A stretch of DNA of 64,000 nt from Candidatus Peribacteria bacterium (lineage in GTDB: Bacteria > Patescibacteriota > Gracilibacteria > Peribacterales > Peribacteraceae). Positions within the stretch are counted from its first letter, which is position 1. Each line of letters starts with the position of its first letter. The translations under genes were made by a program, and so were the position numbers. Below, piece after piece: positions 10,261-19,558 of this stretch. The notes under the pieces were generated by a model. That model was not told the origin of the DNA and ran no database searches. It saw only the letters and a list, made by a program, of their open reading frames with translations. Location of the stretch: positions 1 to 64,000 of the forward strand of contig JBEPVF010000002.1 of the NCBI GenBank assembly GCA_041691135.1, read 5' to 3'.

Positions 10261-10723
10261 AGTGTTCGCCTCGGTCGGAAGGACCAAGGTTGAACCGTTT
10301 GCAGCTCCGACGCAGCTGCTACTCCCTACCCTTGCGCGATTGGAGAGTCGCGCGCTCGTGTGTATGTGTGTGGGTAACCCGAGTGCTCGGGTATCGGCTC
10401 CCGTGATTGGCCCCACAGGAAGGGTAGTGTGTGTTTGTGTACCCTCCGACCGCTCAGAGCGAGACCACAACTCGCGAGGAGTCGTAGCCGTCCTGAGAGT
10501 CGAAGAGAGTGTCGGATCCCTCGCACCGGTAAACGGGGTCTACCAGGCGGAGGAAACCTCTAAGGGTCGCGGTGTCGTGACGCTAGAGGCAGGGAGGGAA
10601 GAGAGGCGACTGTGCGCGAAAAGCAAGCTCCAAATATGGAGTGTTCGCCGTCACCCCTCATCTCTCCCTGCCACATCGCTCGTGTGAACGACGGGAATTG
10701 AACGGTCCTGTAAATGAGCAAAT
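10207..10723 (-). ncRNA. Candidate large structured non-coding RNA of unknown family
   Basis: Extended -10 upstream, terminator downstream, at least 10 helices (several with G-U pairs on the minus strand), no credible ORF. Confidence 0.55.
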
Positions 10724-10729
10724 CCAACC

Positions 10730-10738
10730 ATAATAGCA
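10730..10738 (-). promoter_or_regulatory. Extended -10 promoter TGcTATTAT
   Basis: Reverse complement of ataatagca; not followed by a start codon. Confidence 0.55.
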
Positions 10739-10788
10739 GAAATTTTGAGAGTGCGCAAGGAGCCGTCCTCCGCTAGGATTGTGCCTCG

Positions 10789-11385
10789 ATGCCCTCAAAT
10801 CCCCCCCGTCCTGGCAAACTGGTTCTGCTGATCGGACCCAGCGGCGTCGGCAAGAGCGTGATACTGCTGGAGCTCCGAAAACGGCATCCGGAACTGCATT
10901 TCCCGCGTTCGGCCACGACGCGCGCGAAACGACCCGGCGAAGGGACCAATCTGTATCGTTTCGTCGACGATGCCACCTTTGATGATCTGATCAAAACCGA
11001 CAAATTCCTGGAGTGGGCATTCGTCCACGGCGGCACGCGGTACGGAACGCTGATCGAAGAAATCATTCCGGCCATCGAGGAAGGCAAGATCGTCATTCGC
11101 GAAGTGGATATACAGGGTTTCGATCATATTCGGGAAAATCCCCTCTTCGCCGGTCCCGCTGCTCCGTACCGTCTGCAATCGATCTTCATCCTGCCACAGA
11201 GCAAGGAGCAGCTGATCACTCACATTACTAAGCGCGCACCCATTGGAGAAGAAGAACTGGGACGGCGCCTGGAGAGCATGAAGCGCGAACTGGAACACAG
11301 CGATCTGTGCGACGTGCAGATCAAGAACGAAGAAGGTAAATTGGAAGAGACGATCAGACAGGTCGAGAACACCATTTTTAACTGA
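10789..11385 (+). CDS. gmk: Guanylate kinase
   Basis: GPSGVGKS, SATTR..RPGE, FLEWAFVHG..YGT. Confidence 0.95.
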   Translation: MPSNPPRPGKLVLLIGPSGVGKSVILLELRKRHPELHFPRSATTRAKRPGEGTNLYRFVDDATFDDLIKTDKFLEWAFVHGGTRYGTLIEEIIPAIEEGKIVIREVDIQGFDHIRENPLFAGPAAPYRLQSIFILPQSKEQLITHITKRAPIGEEELGRRLESMKRELEHSDLCDVQIKNEEGKLEETIRQVENTIFN

Positions 11386-11485
11386 CCATTCCGACACAGT
11401 GGCGCCACTTGCACAAAGCATTCTTTTTGCAGTGGGATGGCACGGGCAGTAGATTGCCAGAGTCCATATCTTTTCCTTTTTTACT

Positions 11486-12448
11486 ATGCGCTCTCTGCAA
11501 CAATCTTTCGTGCGGTCGGCATCGGCCGTCGGTGCGGTGATGATTCTGGGTTCGAGCCTGATCACTACGATCGCCACTGCCCAAGAGACCAGCACCTTGA
11601 ACACGACGTGTGCCAATCAGTGGGATTCTATTCAAAAAAATACGGCCGACGGCTCCCAGGCTCGCAAGGATGCCTTCGTTCAGTTCAATGCACAGTGTCC
11701 GAATTTCCTGCAGCGCCCAAAAACCAGCTCTTCTAGTCTGAGTTCTGTTTCCTCGCATTCTGAAGCAGGAAAACCCACTACAGCCGATTCCACCATCACT
11801 AGCGTCGACTGCGATACATTTTACCGCCAAGCCGTGGAACTTAAGCAGAAGGATCCCAACGGACCGGACTTCAAGCGCGTGACCGAGCTCTACCGTCAGA
11901 ACTGCGCCAACCGCCCGGCCACTACGACAACAACCGCTCCGCCGCCCACATGCGACGACTATCGCCGGATGCTGAAAGAAGTACAGACATATCTGCAGAG
12001 CACGACTGAGCCAGCCAAGAGAGATGTGATCCAGAAACGACTGACGGAGCTGACACCGAAAGTGCAAAGCTGTGATAACGGCATAACACCCGCAACATCT
12101 CTGACGACTAATACCAATGAACCGGGCAAGACGGAATGTTTGTACGTAAAAACGTCGGACGGTTGTCTGGTTGTCCGCTGTCCCGATCTGGGCGTGACCA
12201 TGAATTCCTGCGATGCCTACCGTTGCACGCAAGGCAACGCGAATTCCACGTCGTCAGTTGTCTTTCCCTCTGTGGATTCTTCTTCCAGTTCCAGCTCTGT
12301 TTCGTCGTCATCCGTTTCGTCCAGTAGCTCTGCACCGATCAAGAGCGTGAAAGTAGCTACCTCCAGTTCTTCCCGGGCAATCACAACCGAATACAAGGAT
12401 TACCGCGGAAAGTCGATCGTGAAGCCGCCACGGAAGACGAAGGATTAA
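11486..12448 (+). CDS. Secreted Cys- and Ser/Thr-rich hypothetical protein
   Basis: Signal peptide (ATA-Q), paired Cys helical modules, poly-Ser linkers. Confidence 0.75.
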   Translation: MRSLQQSFVRSASAVGAVMILGSSLITTIATAQETSTLNTTCANQWDSIQKNTADGSQARKDAFVQFNAQCPNFLQRPKTSSSSLSSVSSHSEAGKPTTADSTITSVDCDTFYRQAVELKQKDPNGPDFKRVTELYRQNCANRPATTTTTAPPPTCDDYRRMLKEVQTYLQSTTEPAKRDVIQKRLTELTPKVQSCDNGITPATSLTTNTNEPGKTECLYVKTSDGCLVVRCPDLGVTMNSCDAYRCTQGNANSTSSVVFPSVDSSSSSSSVSSSSVSSSSSAPIKSVKVATSSSSRAITTEYKDYRGKSIVKPPRKTKD

Positions 12449-12464
12449 GAACGAACAGTTGTAT

Positions 12465-12497
12465 AAACAGCCTGAATAGCATTTCAGGCTGTTTTTT
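12465..12497 (+). terminator. Intrinsic terminator
   Basis: aaacagcctgaa-tagcat-ttcaggctgttt plus T run. Confidence 0.8.
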
Positions 12498-12587
12498 AAG
12501 CACTGGATTGTGCATCGCATTCATCCATAAGAACTACTAAAGAGCCGGTTTTTGTTGTATACTAGTACGATACACAAAACACCCACC

Positions 12588-14798
12588 ATGCCTCCCGGTT
12601 TCTCTGTCAGCAGGCAGGCCAAACAGCGTATTGCCGCTGGTTTCGTTCTGTTTGTACTGACAGGAATCATCGTCTTAAAAATCACTGGTTCCTCGAACCA
12701 TCTGGAACGCACATCGGTTTCTCCGTTCCAAAGTTCTCTGAGCAAAGTCGGCATCTCCAAAAATGTCGATGTGATCAGCGTCGATTTTTCGGACCAGGAT
12801 AGCCAACCACTTGGAGAAAACAAAATTTACCTGGTGCACACGCCGGCTGGCTTCACTCCTCTCCCCATGGATGTGGCCCTCGGCATGAACGTCGATTACT
12901 TTGGATATAAATACTCAGACAGCAATGCGACGGAGGAAATCAAAAACAAAAATGCGCTCTTGTTCAGCCAACGGTTCCCCAGCGGAAATTTTTTCGCTTC
13001 CGGCAAATCGCGAAATCAGGATTCCACCCATGCCAACAGCCTGAGTCTGTTCGAACAGACGCGAGGCGTTCAATTACGACCGACCGGCAGCGGCGGTGTC
13101 TTGTTTGAGCCATCATCTCTTTACATCCTCATCATCAACGATCCGCAAGCAACCATCAGTCTGCATCCCGCACCTGTATGCGGTGACAACTGGAAAGCAG
13201 GCACTGAAGAATGTGATGCAGGGTCGCTCAATGGAACCGGGCCGGCCTTGTGTACAACGGAGTGCAAAATAGGTACCGCAGTCCCGTACGGAACAGGCAG
13301 CATATCCATTTCGGTACTGAACGCATCACAGATCGCGACGCAGTACAAAACGTACTTTATGAAGGGATGGGCAACAACCGGAAGAAACTGGCTTAAACAA
13401 GACTCAGGCGTCATGTACAGCTCAGGCAGCTGGATCAGAGACGATTCATGGCCCCAATCTTTTATCGATCTGACGGCACAGGAGGCATACTACGCGATGC
13501 TTGGCGCACGCATCGGCGTCGACTGGGCACTCGGCACCCAGGACATCGACATGATGGATGAACTGTCGAAGTACTACGTCAGTTTTTATCAGAACCGAGT
13601 GACGACGCTCGGCGATCTGCGCGCCATGCAAACCGGTTCCGGTGTCAGTAAAGTCCTGCTCGGCGCGAGTCAAGGAGCGGATTCTGTCCATACCATGATT
13701 TGGATTGAAAAATTGAGTGCCACCGGATCCCGATTACGTGACTGCTATCTGTGCAATGCACAGTTCTTACACCCGGCATCGCGACTGATCCGCACCATCG
13801 CTTCGTTGCCTGCGGCATCGCGCACACCGGACATGACGCAATTCGCAACGCTGTACACGCAGTGGATCGCGCGTGAACACGTTCTGCGATTTGATGCCAG
13901 CGTGGTGGCTACCTTGAAGAATCAACTGATAAAAAACGGTCAACCGGGTTTTGCCTACAGCGACGCGCATGTAATGGTCGTCGCGGCGGCAGCGGAAATG
14001 CTTGGTGCAAATCAGCGTGACCCATCTCTCGTCTCGCTCACTGCAGATGAGAAGCAACGGATGAAGGATTTGGTCGATGCAGGAATTACCTTGCTGCGAG
14101 CGAAACGGACAGTGTACCACGACACGCGTGATTTTGACGGCAACATTGTCGATAGCGCATCGTACTTCAATGGCGATTACGACGGCTATGTCGACAACGA
14201 CTATTCGGGTTACGAAGGACAGGCCTATCCGACGATCAACGAAAAATCGAATAAGCCGGGAATCAGCTGGGATGTGTCGCACTTCTTCCGTGTGCCGTTC
14301 ACCTTCCGTTCATTCATCGACAACAAAGGCGCAACCGGCACGGACTTCCCGACTGATGACGAGGTGCGACTGCTGGCCAATCAGTATATGTACCGCGTGT
14401 TCCGCGGCGATTTCCAAAAGCCGATCATCCGCAACTTCTTCGACGGCACGGATGGCTGGTATCGCGTCAGCTACCATCACACTGGCAAGGAAGATGCTAT
14501 CGCACCTTCGCTCTACTGCAGCATGTCAGATAGCGGTCGCTCCTGCCTTACCACCGCCGGCATCTATGCCTGGGGGGAACTGGCATCGCAGTACGCACCA
14601 CTTGCCACCTACGAAGCCGGACTCCTCAACCTGGCCAAGACCACTGACCCGGTGAACAATTGCTTCCAGTCGACCTGTTTCCGCGAGGTGCACTACAAGT
14701 ACGGATTGTCTTTCTCTTTCGTCGATAAAAATGGAAAGGAGCAGTATCCGTTTATGTTACTGACAATTCTGTCGGAGTTGGCGCTCGGGCAACAGTAA
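12588..14798 (+). CDS. Large membrane-anchored surface protein with a DUF4215-like Cys repeat
   Basis: N-terminal TM; CGDNWKAGTEECDAG...CTTEC; domain shared with the 19559 gene. Confidence 0.8.
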   Translation: MPPGFSVSRQAKQRIAAGFVLFVLTGIIVLKITGSSNHLERTSVSPFQSSLSKVGISKNVDVISVDFSDQDSQPLGENKIYLVHTPAGFTPLPMDVALGMNVDYFGYKYSDSNATEEIKNKNALLFSQRFPSGNFFASGKSRNQDSTHANSLSLFEQTRGVQLRPTGSGGVLFEPSSLYILIINDPQATISLHPAPVCGDNWKAGTEECDAGSLNGTGPALCTTECKIGTAVPYGTGSISISVLNASQIATQYKTYFMKGWATTGRNWLKQDSGVMYSSGSWIRDDSWPQSFIDLTAQEAYYAMLGARIGVDWALGTQDIDMMDELSKYYVSFYQNRVTTLGDLRAMQTGSGVSKVLLGASQGADSVHTMIWIEKLSATGSRLRDCYLCNAQFLHPASRLIRTIASLPAASRTPDMTQFATLYTQWIAREHVLRFDASVVATLKNQLIKNGQPGFAYSDAHVMVVAAAAEMLGANQRDPSLVSLTADEKQRMKDLVDAGITLLRAKRTVYHDTRDFDGNIVDSASYFNGDYDGYVDNDYSGYEGQAYPTINEKSNKPGISWDVSHFFRVPFTFRSFIDNKGATGTDFPTDDEVRLLANQYMYRVFRGDFQKPIIRNFFDGTDGWYRVSYHHTGKEDAIAPSLYCSMSDSGRSCLTTAGIYAWGELASQYAPLATYEAGLLNLAKTTDPVNNCFQSTCFREVHYKYGLSFSFVDKNGKEQYPFMLLTILSELALGQQ

Positions 14799-14808
14799 CA
14801 GAGGCAAT

Positions 14809-15246
14809 TTACCCGATTCGCTCCGAATAAAAGTTTCCTTTTTGGTATTCATCAATAGCTGACCGGACGTGGGCAATAGTATTTGTCGGAAGTTCTGTGA
14901 TGGGAAACCAACGGAGTTCTTCACATTTATCTGGCTCATTATTCTGTATATCTCCTTTCCAGTTGTATATCTCAAAAAACAAACCGACTCTCTCGCCATC
15001 ATCACACATTCGGTGCATGACATGCACGAAGGTGATGTCATCTTTTATAATCGTAACTCCTGCTTCTTCCTGCACTTCACGGATAAGCGCATCGATAGGC
15101 GTCTCTCCTCCATCCAAATGCCCAGCCACCAAACCGTAGTTCCCGTCTTCGTAGCCGGTATTTTTTCGCTTCAAAAGTAGAATATTCTCCTTAGCTCTAA
15201 ACAGAGCGTAGACGGCTGCCGTAAGGTGAAAACGCTGTGTGCCCAT
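14809..15246 (-). CDS. NUDIX hydrolase
   Basis: GHLDGGETPIDALIREVQEEAG Nudix box; NNEPDKCEEL.W. Confidence 0.92.
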   Translation of the reverse strand: MGTQRFHLTAAVYALFRAKENILLLKRKNTGYEDGNYGLVAGHLDGGETPIDALIREVQEEAGVTIIKDDITFVHVMHRMCDDGERVGLFFEIYNWKGDIQNNEPDKCEELRWFPITELPTNTIAHVRSAIDEYQKGNFYSERIG

Positions 15247-15251
15247 CTAAT

Positions 15252-16928
15252 TCAATAGATAGCCTTGAGATAGCACGCTTCGCAGTACACCGTCTCGGGC
15301 CTATCGGGCGCGTAAGTTGTGTGAATCTCCGTGCCGCAGTCCGCGCACTGCCGTTGCCAGAGTTTACGCGGATTGCGCAGAGCGACGAGGCGACGATGGC
15401 GCTCATCGGGATGCAATCGTGGAATAGGAAGTTTCATTTTCCTGTAGAAGGCCAGTTCCTGTTTGATGATGCGATACGGCTTGCCGGTCGCCTCACACTG
15501 GATGGCCCAGTTGAGGATGTCGTCAGGAATATCGTCAATCGTCGACGGCAATTGTGCGGCCGGAATGACTTTCTCTACTTGAAGCGTCTCATTTTTTTCG
15601 TCTCGCCACTGCCATCCTTTCGCTACTGCTTTTTCCTTCGTCGTCGGGTAGTGATCCTGGGCGATTGTCTGGTTATAGGCGAATAAGCTTGTCTCGATCG
15701 GGAAGAACTCGCCCCACTCGCCGGTCTTCTGCATATGCTCGACGATCCGCGGCACCAGCGCTTCGTACTCTTGTTTTGTGTATTGCTTGTTGAGGATGCA
15801 GTACTGATGTTTGCCATGGATGCTGTCGCAACCGAAGCCATCCGACAGATAGAAACACGATGTCAGGTACATCGACTGCGGTGAGGCGACGGTGCAGTAG
15901 CAGAACTTCGTCAGGTAGTTCTTCTCACCGGCGGTGGTCATCTCGTAGCAGAGGACAATGTCCTTATCATGCATCGATATGTCCATCGAGTCCTTCACGC
16001 CCTCGGACTCCAGAACGTATTTGGAGTCCTCAATATTGAAGCAGTCGGAACAGTTGAGCGCGTTGTGGCAATTGTACAAATAGTCGCCGGTCGAGTGTTC
16101 GCTGTTGAGCTGTATCTGTGCGCGTTTGACGATGGTCTGATTGAACGCTTGAAACTCTTTCATCAGCGCATCCGGTGACACTTTTGCATATTGCTCCAGC
16201 GTTTTTTCGTAGACCGCTTTGTCGAGCTGCTTGTTCTTGAAGCAGTACTGTTTGTTCTGGATTCCACTGCACATGAAACAGTCCTTCAAACTCGTGCAGT
16301 CACTCAGGTAACTCGATGACGAACAGTTACGGCAACTGATCAGATGATGCGATGAAAAGCAGCCATCGCAGTTAGTGCTATCGGCGACCAGTTCACACTT
16401 GTTGAGCGCATTGCTGTTCACGCAGTCACGGCAGTACTGGCTCTTGCGCACATACATGCAATCTTCCACGAAATAACTGCCAGGACACATGTAGGCATTT
16501 TTGCTGTAGGCGATCAGCTGGTTGTAATCGCAGTTCTCATTATTGAGTTGCAAGACGCACGCCTTGGGTACGTCACGTTGCAGATCGTGAAACTGCTCGA
16601 AGAACGGACGCGAGAAATCGAAATCGCGGCCATAACTGAACGCATCCCATTTGTCGGACCACCAGCACGGAATGCAGTACACGGTGTACGGACTATCCGG
16701 CGGCAGAGAGGAAATGATGGAATTGCCGCAGAGTGCGCAGACATCCTTATGCAATTTACGTTCATTGCGTTGGGCCAGCCGGCGTTGCTCCCGGCAGTCG
16801 GGGCAGTGGGTGGGTGGCGGGATCAGATATTTCTTGTCCCCGAAGACGGGCGATACCTTGTCGTAGAACTGCAGATCACTGTCGGTACTATCGAACGTTA
16901 CGGCGCACTGCTTGCAATTCTGTTGCAT
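15252..16928 (-). CDS. CPR-type Cys-rich zinc-ribbon repeat protein
   Basis: PPPTHCPDCREQRR.A.RNER, YG.DFDFSRPFFEQF, YCILNKQYTK, EWGEFFP, VYCEACY; start 6 nt after TGtTATAAT. Confidence 0.85.
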   Translation of the reverse strand: MQQNCKQCAVTFDSTDSDLQFYDKVSPVFGDKKYLIPPPTHCPDCREQRRLAQRNERKLHKDVCALCGNSIISSLPPDSPYTVYCIPCWWSDKWDAFSYGRDFDFSRPFFEQFHDLQRDVPKACVLQLNNENCDYNQLIAYSKNAYMCPGSYFVEDCMYVRKSQYCRDCVNSNALNKCELVADSTNCDGCFSSHHLISCRNCSSSSYLSDCTSLKDCFMCSGIQNKQYCFKNKQLDKAVYEKTLEQYAKVSPDALMKEFQAFNQTIVKRAQIQLNSEHSTGDYLYNCHNALNCSDCFNIEDSKYVLESEGVKDSMDISMHDKDIVLCYEMTTAGEKNYLTKFCYCTVASPQSMYLTSCFYLSDGFGCDSIHGKHQYCILNKQYTKQEYEALVPRIVEHMQKTGEWGEFFPIETSLFAYNQTIAQDHYPTTKEKAVAKGWQWRDEKNETLQVEKVIPAAQLPSTIDDIPDDILNWAIQCEATGKPYRIIKQELAFYRKMKLPIPRLHPDERHRRLVALRNPRKLWQRQCADCGTEIHTTYAPDRPETVYCEACYLKAIY

Positions 16929-16947
16929 GCTTTCATTATAACAGTCT

Positions 16948-17409
16948 TTATAGTTTGTGTGTCTCCTCCCGCAGAGTTCCATTCGATGAATTAAAATGCA
17001 GCCTCGTAAGGGTCGACTCCTCCGCCCAACGCACATCCACTGCTTCGTCTGGAAAACCATTTGTCCTTAGTATTTCTAGGAAATGAGCGCGTTGAGCATC
17101 GTGCTGCGCTCTCCACGGTCCCAGTACTTCTTTTCCCAGCAGATACGTCGCACCTCGTACGGTCATGCGAACGTCATTCCCAAAATCACAACGGACTGCG
17201 TCGATGAATTCGATGAGCTTTGGATTTGTTTCCACCTCGCCCTCTCGACCCTGCGGATCAAAGGAACGATACAAATGACTGATGTATCCGGCTGTACTGC
17301 GCGTATGGCTTGCAACAGACAGAATACAAGCATGTGCCCACTCGCCCGTATGAGCCTGTTCGCCGTTTTCAACCTTCATAAAACTATCATTGTCGGGTAG
17401 TGAACGCAT
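16948..17409 (-). CDS. Hypothetical protein
   Basis: 153-aa ORF filling the gap, no recognisable motif. Confidence 0.45.
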   Translation of the reverse strand: MRSLPDNDSFMKVENGEQAHTGEWAHACILSVASHTRSTAGYISHLYRSFDPQGREGEVETNPKLIEFIDAVRCDFGNDVRMTVRGATYLLGKEVLGPWRAQHDAQRAHFLEILRTNGFPDEAVDVRWAEESTLTRLHFNSSNGTLREETHKL

Positions 17410-17573
17410 AATTGCACTTTAAAATAATTTCACTTTTTATCAAATAACATTGTTTGAGCGCCGCTCTTTCTGGAAATAACACCAGAATGCAGGCTGTTTT
17501 TAGATTGTCTGGCTGCCTTGCCAATGCTACCTTTCCTTGGCCCCAAAGGGGTAACGCGCTCTTTTTGCTCTGT

Positions 17574-17651
17574 GCACCCGTAGTTCAGCCCGGATAGAAC
17601 GCCAGATTGCGGATCTGGAAGTCGTAGGTTCAAATCCTGCCGGGTGCACCA
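17574..17651 (+). tRNA. tRNA-Arg(GCG)
   Basis: GCACCCG/CGGGTGC acceptor stem, CCAGA-ttGCGga-TCTGG, GTTCAAATC T-loop, A20, CCA end. Confidence 0.93.
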
Positions 17652-17673
17652 TAAATATTATTGAGGCAATTTT

Positions 17674-17693
17674 GGGGCATTAGCTCAGCTGGC
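17674..17693 (+). repeat. 20-bp duplicate of the tRNA-Ala 5' end
   Basis: ggggcattagctcagctggc identical to 17774-17793. Confidence 0.85.
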
Positions 17694-17773
17694 CTAGCGG
17701 CGACAAATCGCCGCCTTAGAAAACAACCGCTTGTAGCGCGTTAGTCCGCACTATCAATCATTCACATTACCGT

Positions 17774-17850
<77 letters not shown>

Positions 17851-17856
17851 ACCTTT

Positions 17857-18258
17857 TCATAGGTTTACATAAATTTTATGATTAGGTGCATCAAGTGTGA
17901 TTGTGAGCTCCGAAAGACATTGATATTGCCCAAGAAGGATCGCATCTTGGCGTGGCGCAAAATATACAGTTCCTTTCCAACTCAACGGCCGGAAACCACT
18001 ATGTTCGAGCGTAAAAAGAATTTTCTTTTTAGAAGGAATGGCTTTAAATTTCCCTCCACCGGCGCTCCCAACATCAATAGAACGCTCGACATCCAACTCC
18101 AATTGTAAGATGTTATTTATTTCCATAGGTAAAAGTGTCATTTCTGCTCCTGTATCAATAAGTGCATGACCGACTGGGAATCCATTGAAAGAAATGGGCA
18201 ATGTTGGAATAAATACCGTACCTAAATCACATTCTTTTTTTGTATACTCAAACTCCAT
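17857..18258 (-). CDS. Retropepsin-like aspartyl protease
   Basis: ALIDTGA catalytic motif and ILLG motif. Confidence 0.8.
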   Translation of the reverse strand: MEFEYTKKECDLGTVFIPTLPISFNGFPVGHALIDTGAEMTLLPMEINNILQLELDVERSIDVGSAGGGKFKAIPSKKKILFTLEHSGFRPLSWKGTVYFAPRQDAILLGQYQCLSELTITLDAPNHKIYVNL

Positions 18259-18424
18259 AAAAGCCTACAAAGTTAGCTGGAGGCACTTTATCAAAACGGA
18301 TGCTCTTTTTGTCTTTTCTGGTATCGATTTTTCGCACAAGCACTTCTAATTTAGAAGCAGTTGCTACTACTTTGCCACTTTTACTGGCAACCCATTTACC
18401 GGCATTTTTCTTGGAGAAGACCAT
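18248..18424 (-). CDS. DUF5678-like small protein (58 aa, not in ORF track)
   Basis: MVFSKKNAGKWVASKSGKVVATASKLEVL...; leaderless start, overlaps the protease start. Confidence 0.7.
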   Translation of the reverse strand: MVFSKKNAGKWVASKSGKVVATASKLEVLVRKIDTRKDKKSIRFDKVPPANFVGFYGV

Positions 18425-18524
18425 GGAAACATCGTACTAGCGGCAACGGAAAGTGCAAACCTCTTATGAAGATTTTTGTCACATAGCCGTCGATTCCTCT
18501 GCTTTATCATGCTAAAGTCATCAT

Positions 18525-19091
18525 ATGCCCATCACCCTCGAATACCTGCAGGAAAAGCTGAGAGACTGGAAAGGATGCGAATTAGCCGAAAAGTCGCGAC
18601 CGGTGCTGGGCGAAGGGAATCCGAAAGCCGAGATCATGTTCATCGGCGAGGCACCGGGACAACGCGAGGACGAAGTGGGCCGCCCGTTCGTGGGACCGGC
18701 CGGACAGTTTTTGGATGAGCTCCTCAAATCCATCGGACTCGAACGCGGCGATGTCTATATTTCGAATGTGGTGAAGTATCGCCCGCCAAATAACCGCGAC
18801 CCGACACCGGAAGAAAAAGAACAATGCATGCCGTGGTTAATGGCCGAGATCGCGCTGATCCAACCGAAAGTGGTGGTGCCGCTGGGACGTCATGCGCTTG
18901 GACACTTCTTCACCAACATCAGCATCACCGAAGCGCACGGCAAACCACAGAAGCTGACTGATCACATGACGGTGTTCCCGATATATCACCCGGCCGCCGC
19001 GCTGCATAACGGCGGATTGCGCCAGGCGTTGTACGATGATTTCTCGGCGCTGAAGAAATTTTTAGATGAACGAAAGAGTCATTCATCTTGA
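18525..19091 (+). CDS. udg: Uracil-DNA glycosylase, family 4
   Basis: GEAPGQRED..GRPFVGPAG, RPPNNRDP, YHPAA. Confidence 0.93.
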   Translation: MPITLEYLQEKLRDWKGCELAEKSRPVLGEGNPKAEIMFIGEAPGQREDEVGRPFVGPAGQFLDELLKSIGLERGDVYISNVVKYRPPNNRDPTPEEKEQCMPWLMAEIALIQPKVVVPLGRHALGHFFTNISITEAHGKPQKLTDHMTVFPIYHPAAALHNGGLRQALYDDFSALKKFLDERKSHSS

Positions 19092-19109
19092 GAAAAGTTG
19101 TGCACTCTC

Positions 19110-19130
19110 GACTACAAACTATAGACTACA
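19110..19130. repeat. 7-nt-period array (GACTACA)
   Basis: gactaca aactata gactaca; same unit as 29216-29246. Confidence 0.55.
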
Positions 19131-19137
19131 GGCTCCG

Positions 19138-19500
19138 ATGACTTCGCTTCTTTTTGGTATATCGATTTCGGCGCTACTGTCGTTCACATCACTTTTGGTC
19201 GTGCTCCATCGCGTGAGCCCACTTGAATCACCGAACCAGGCGATTCCGGCGTTTCTCATCAGCCTTTTTTTGACGGTCGGCACGGTGATGACGCTGGTAT
19301 TCTATGCCATCTGGAGTCACTTCCCCATTCACTCATGGGATGCAGGAAAACTGCTGAGCATCTCGCTGCGACAGGGAATCCTGGTGGGCATTGCCGTCAT
19401 CAGCATCATACTGTTCTCCATACTGGGCCTCTTTACCTGGTGGATATCACTGATGGTCGTGGCGATCTGCGTGTTGATCGAAATGGCATTGAACGCATAA
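19138..19500 (+). CDS. Small multi-pass membrane protein
   Basis: Four hydrophobic segments, SLRQG motif. Confidence 0.75.
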   Translation: MTSLLFGISISALLSFTSLLVVLHRVSPLESPNQAIPAFLISLFLTVGTVMTLVFYAIWSHFPIHSWDAGKLLSISLRQGILVGIAVISIILFSILGLFTWWISLMVVAICVLIEMALNA

Positions 19501-19558
19501 TAGAGCCATCTGTCTGTATTAATGACAAAATGTATTAATTATGCTAAAATACTATGAT

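Noticed and set aside
9947-10687. ORFs of 61-166 aa across the structured intergenic region
   Set aside because: No recognisable motifs or start signals; the translations mirror hairpin and repeat sequence.
10207-10723. RNase P RNA, tmRNA, group I/II intron, or RT-defence template RNA
   Set aside because: No GAGGAAAGUCC, no tRNA-like ends with CCA, no domain V, and no adjacent RT gene. A T-loop-like GTTCAATTCCCG near 10702-10691 lacks a matching stem.
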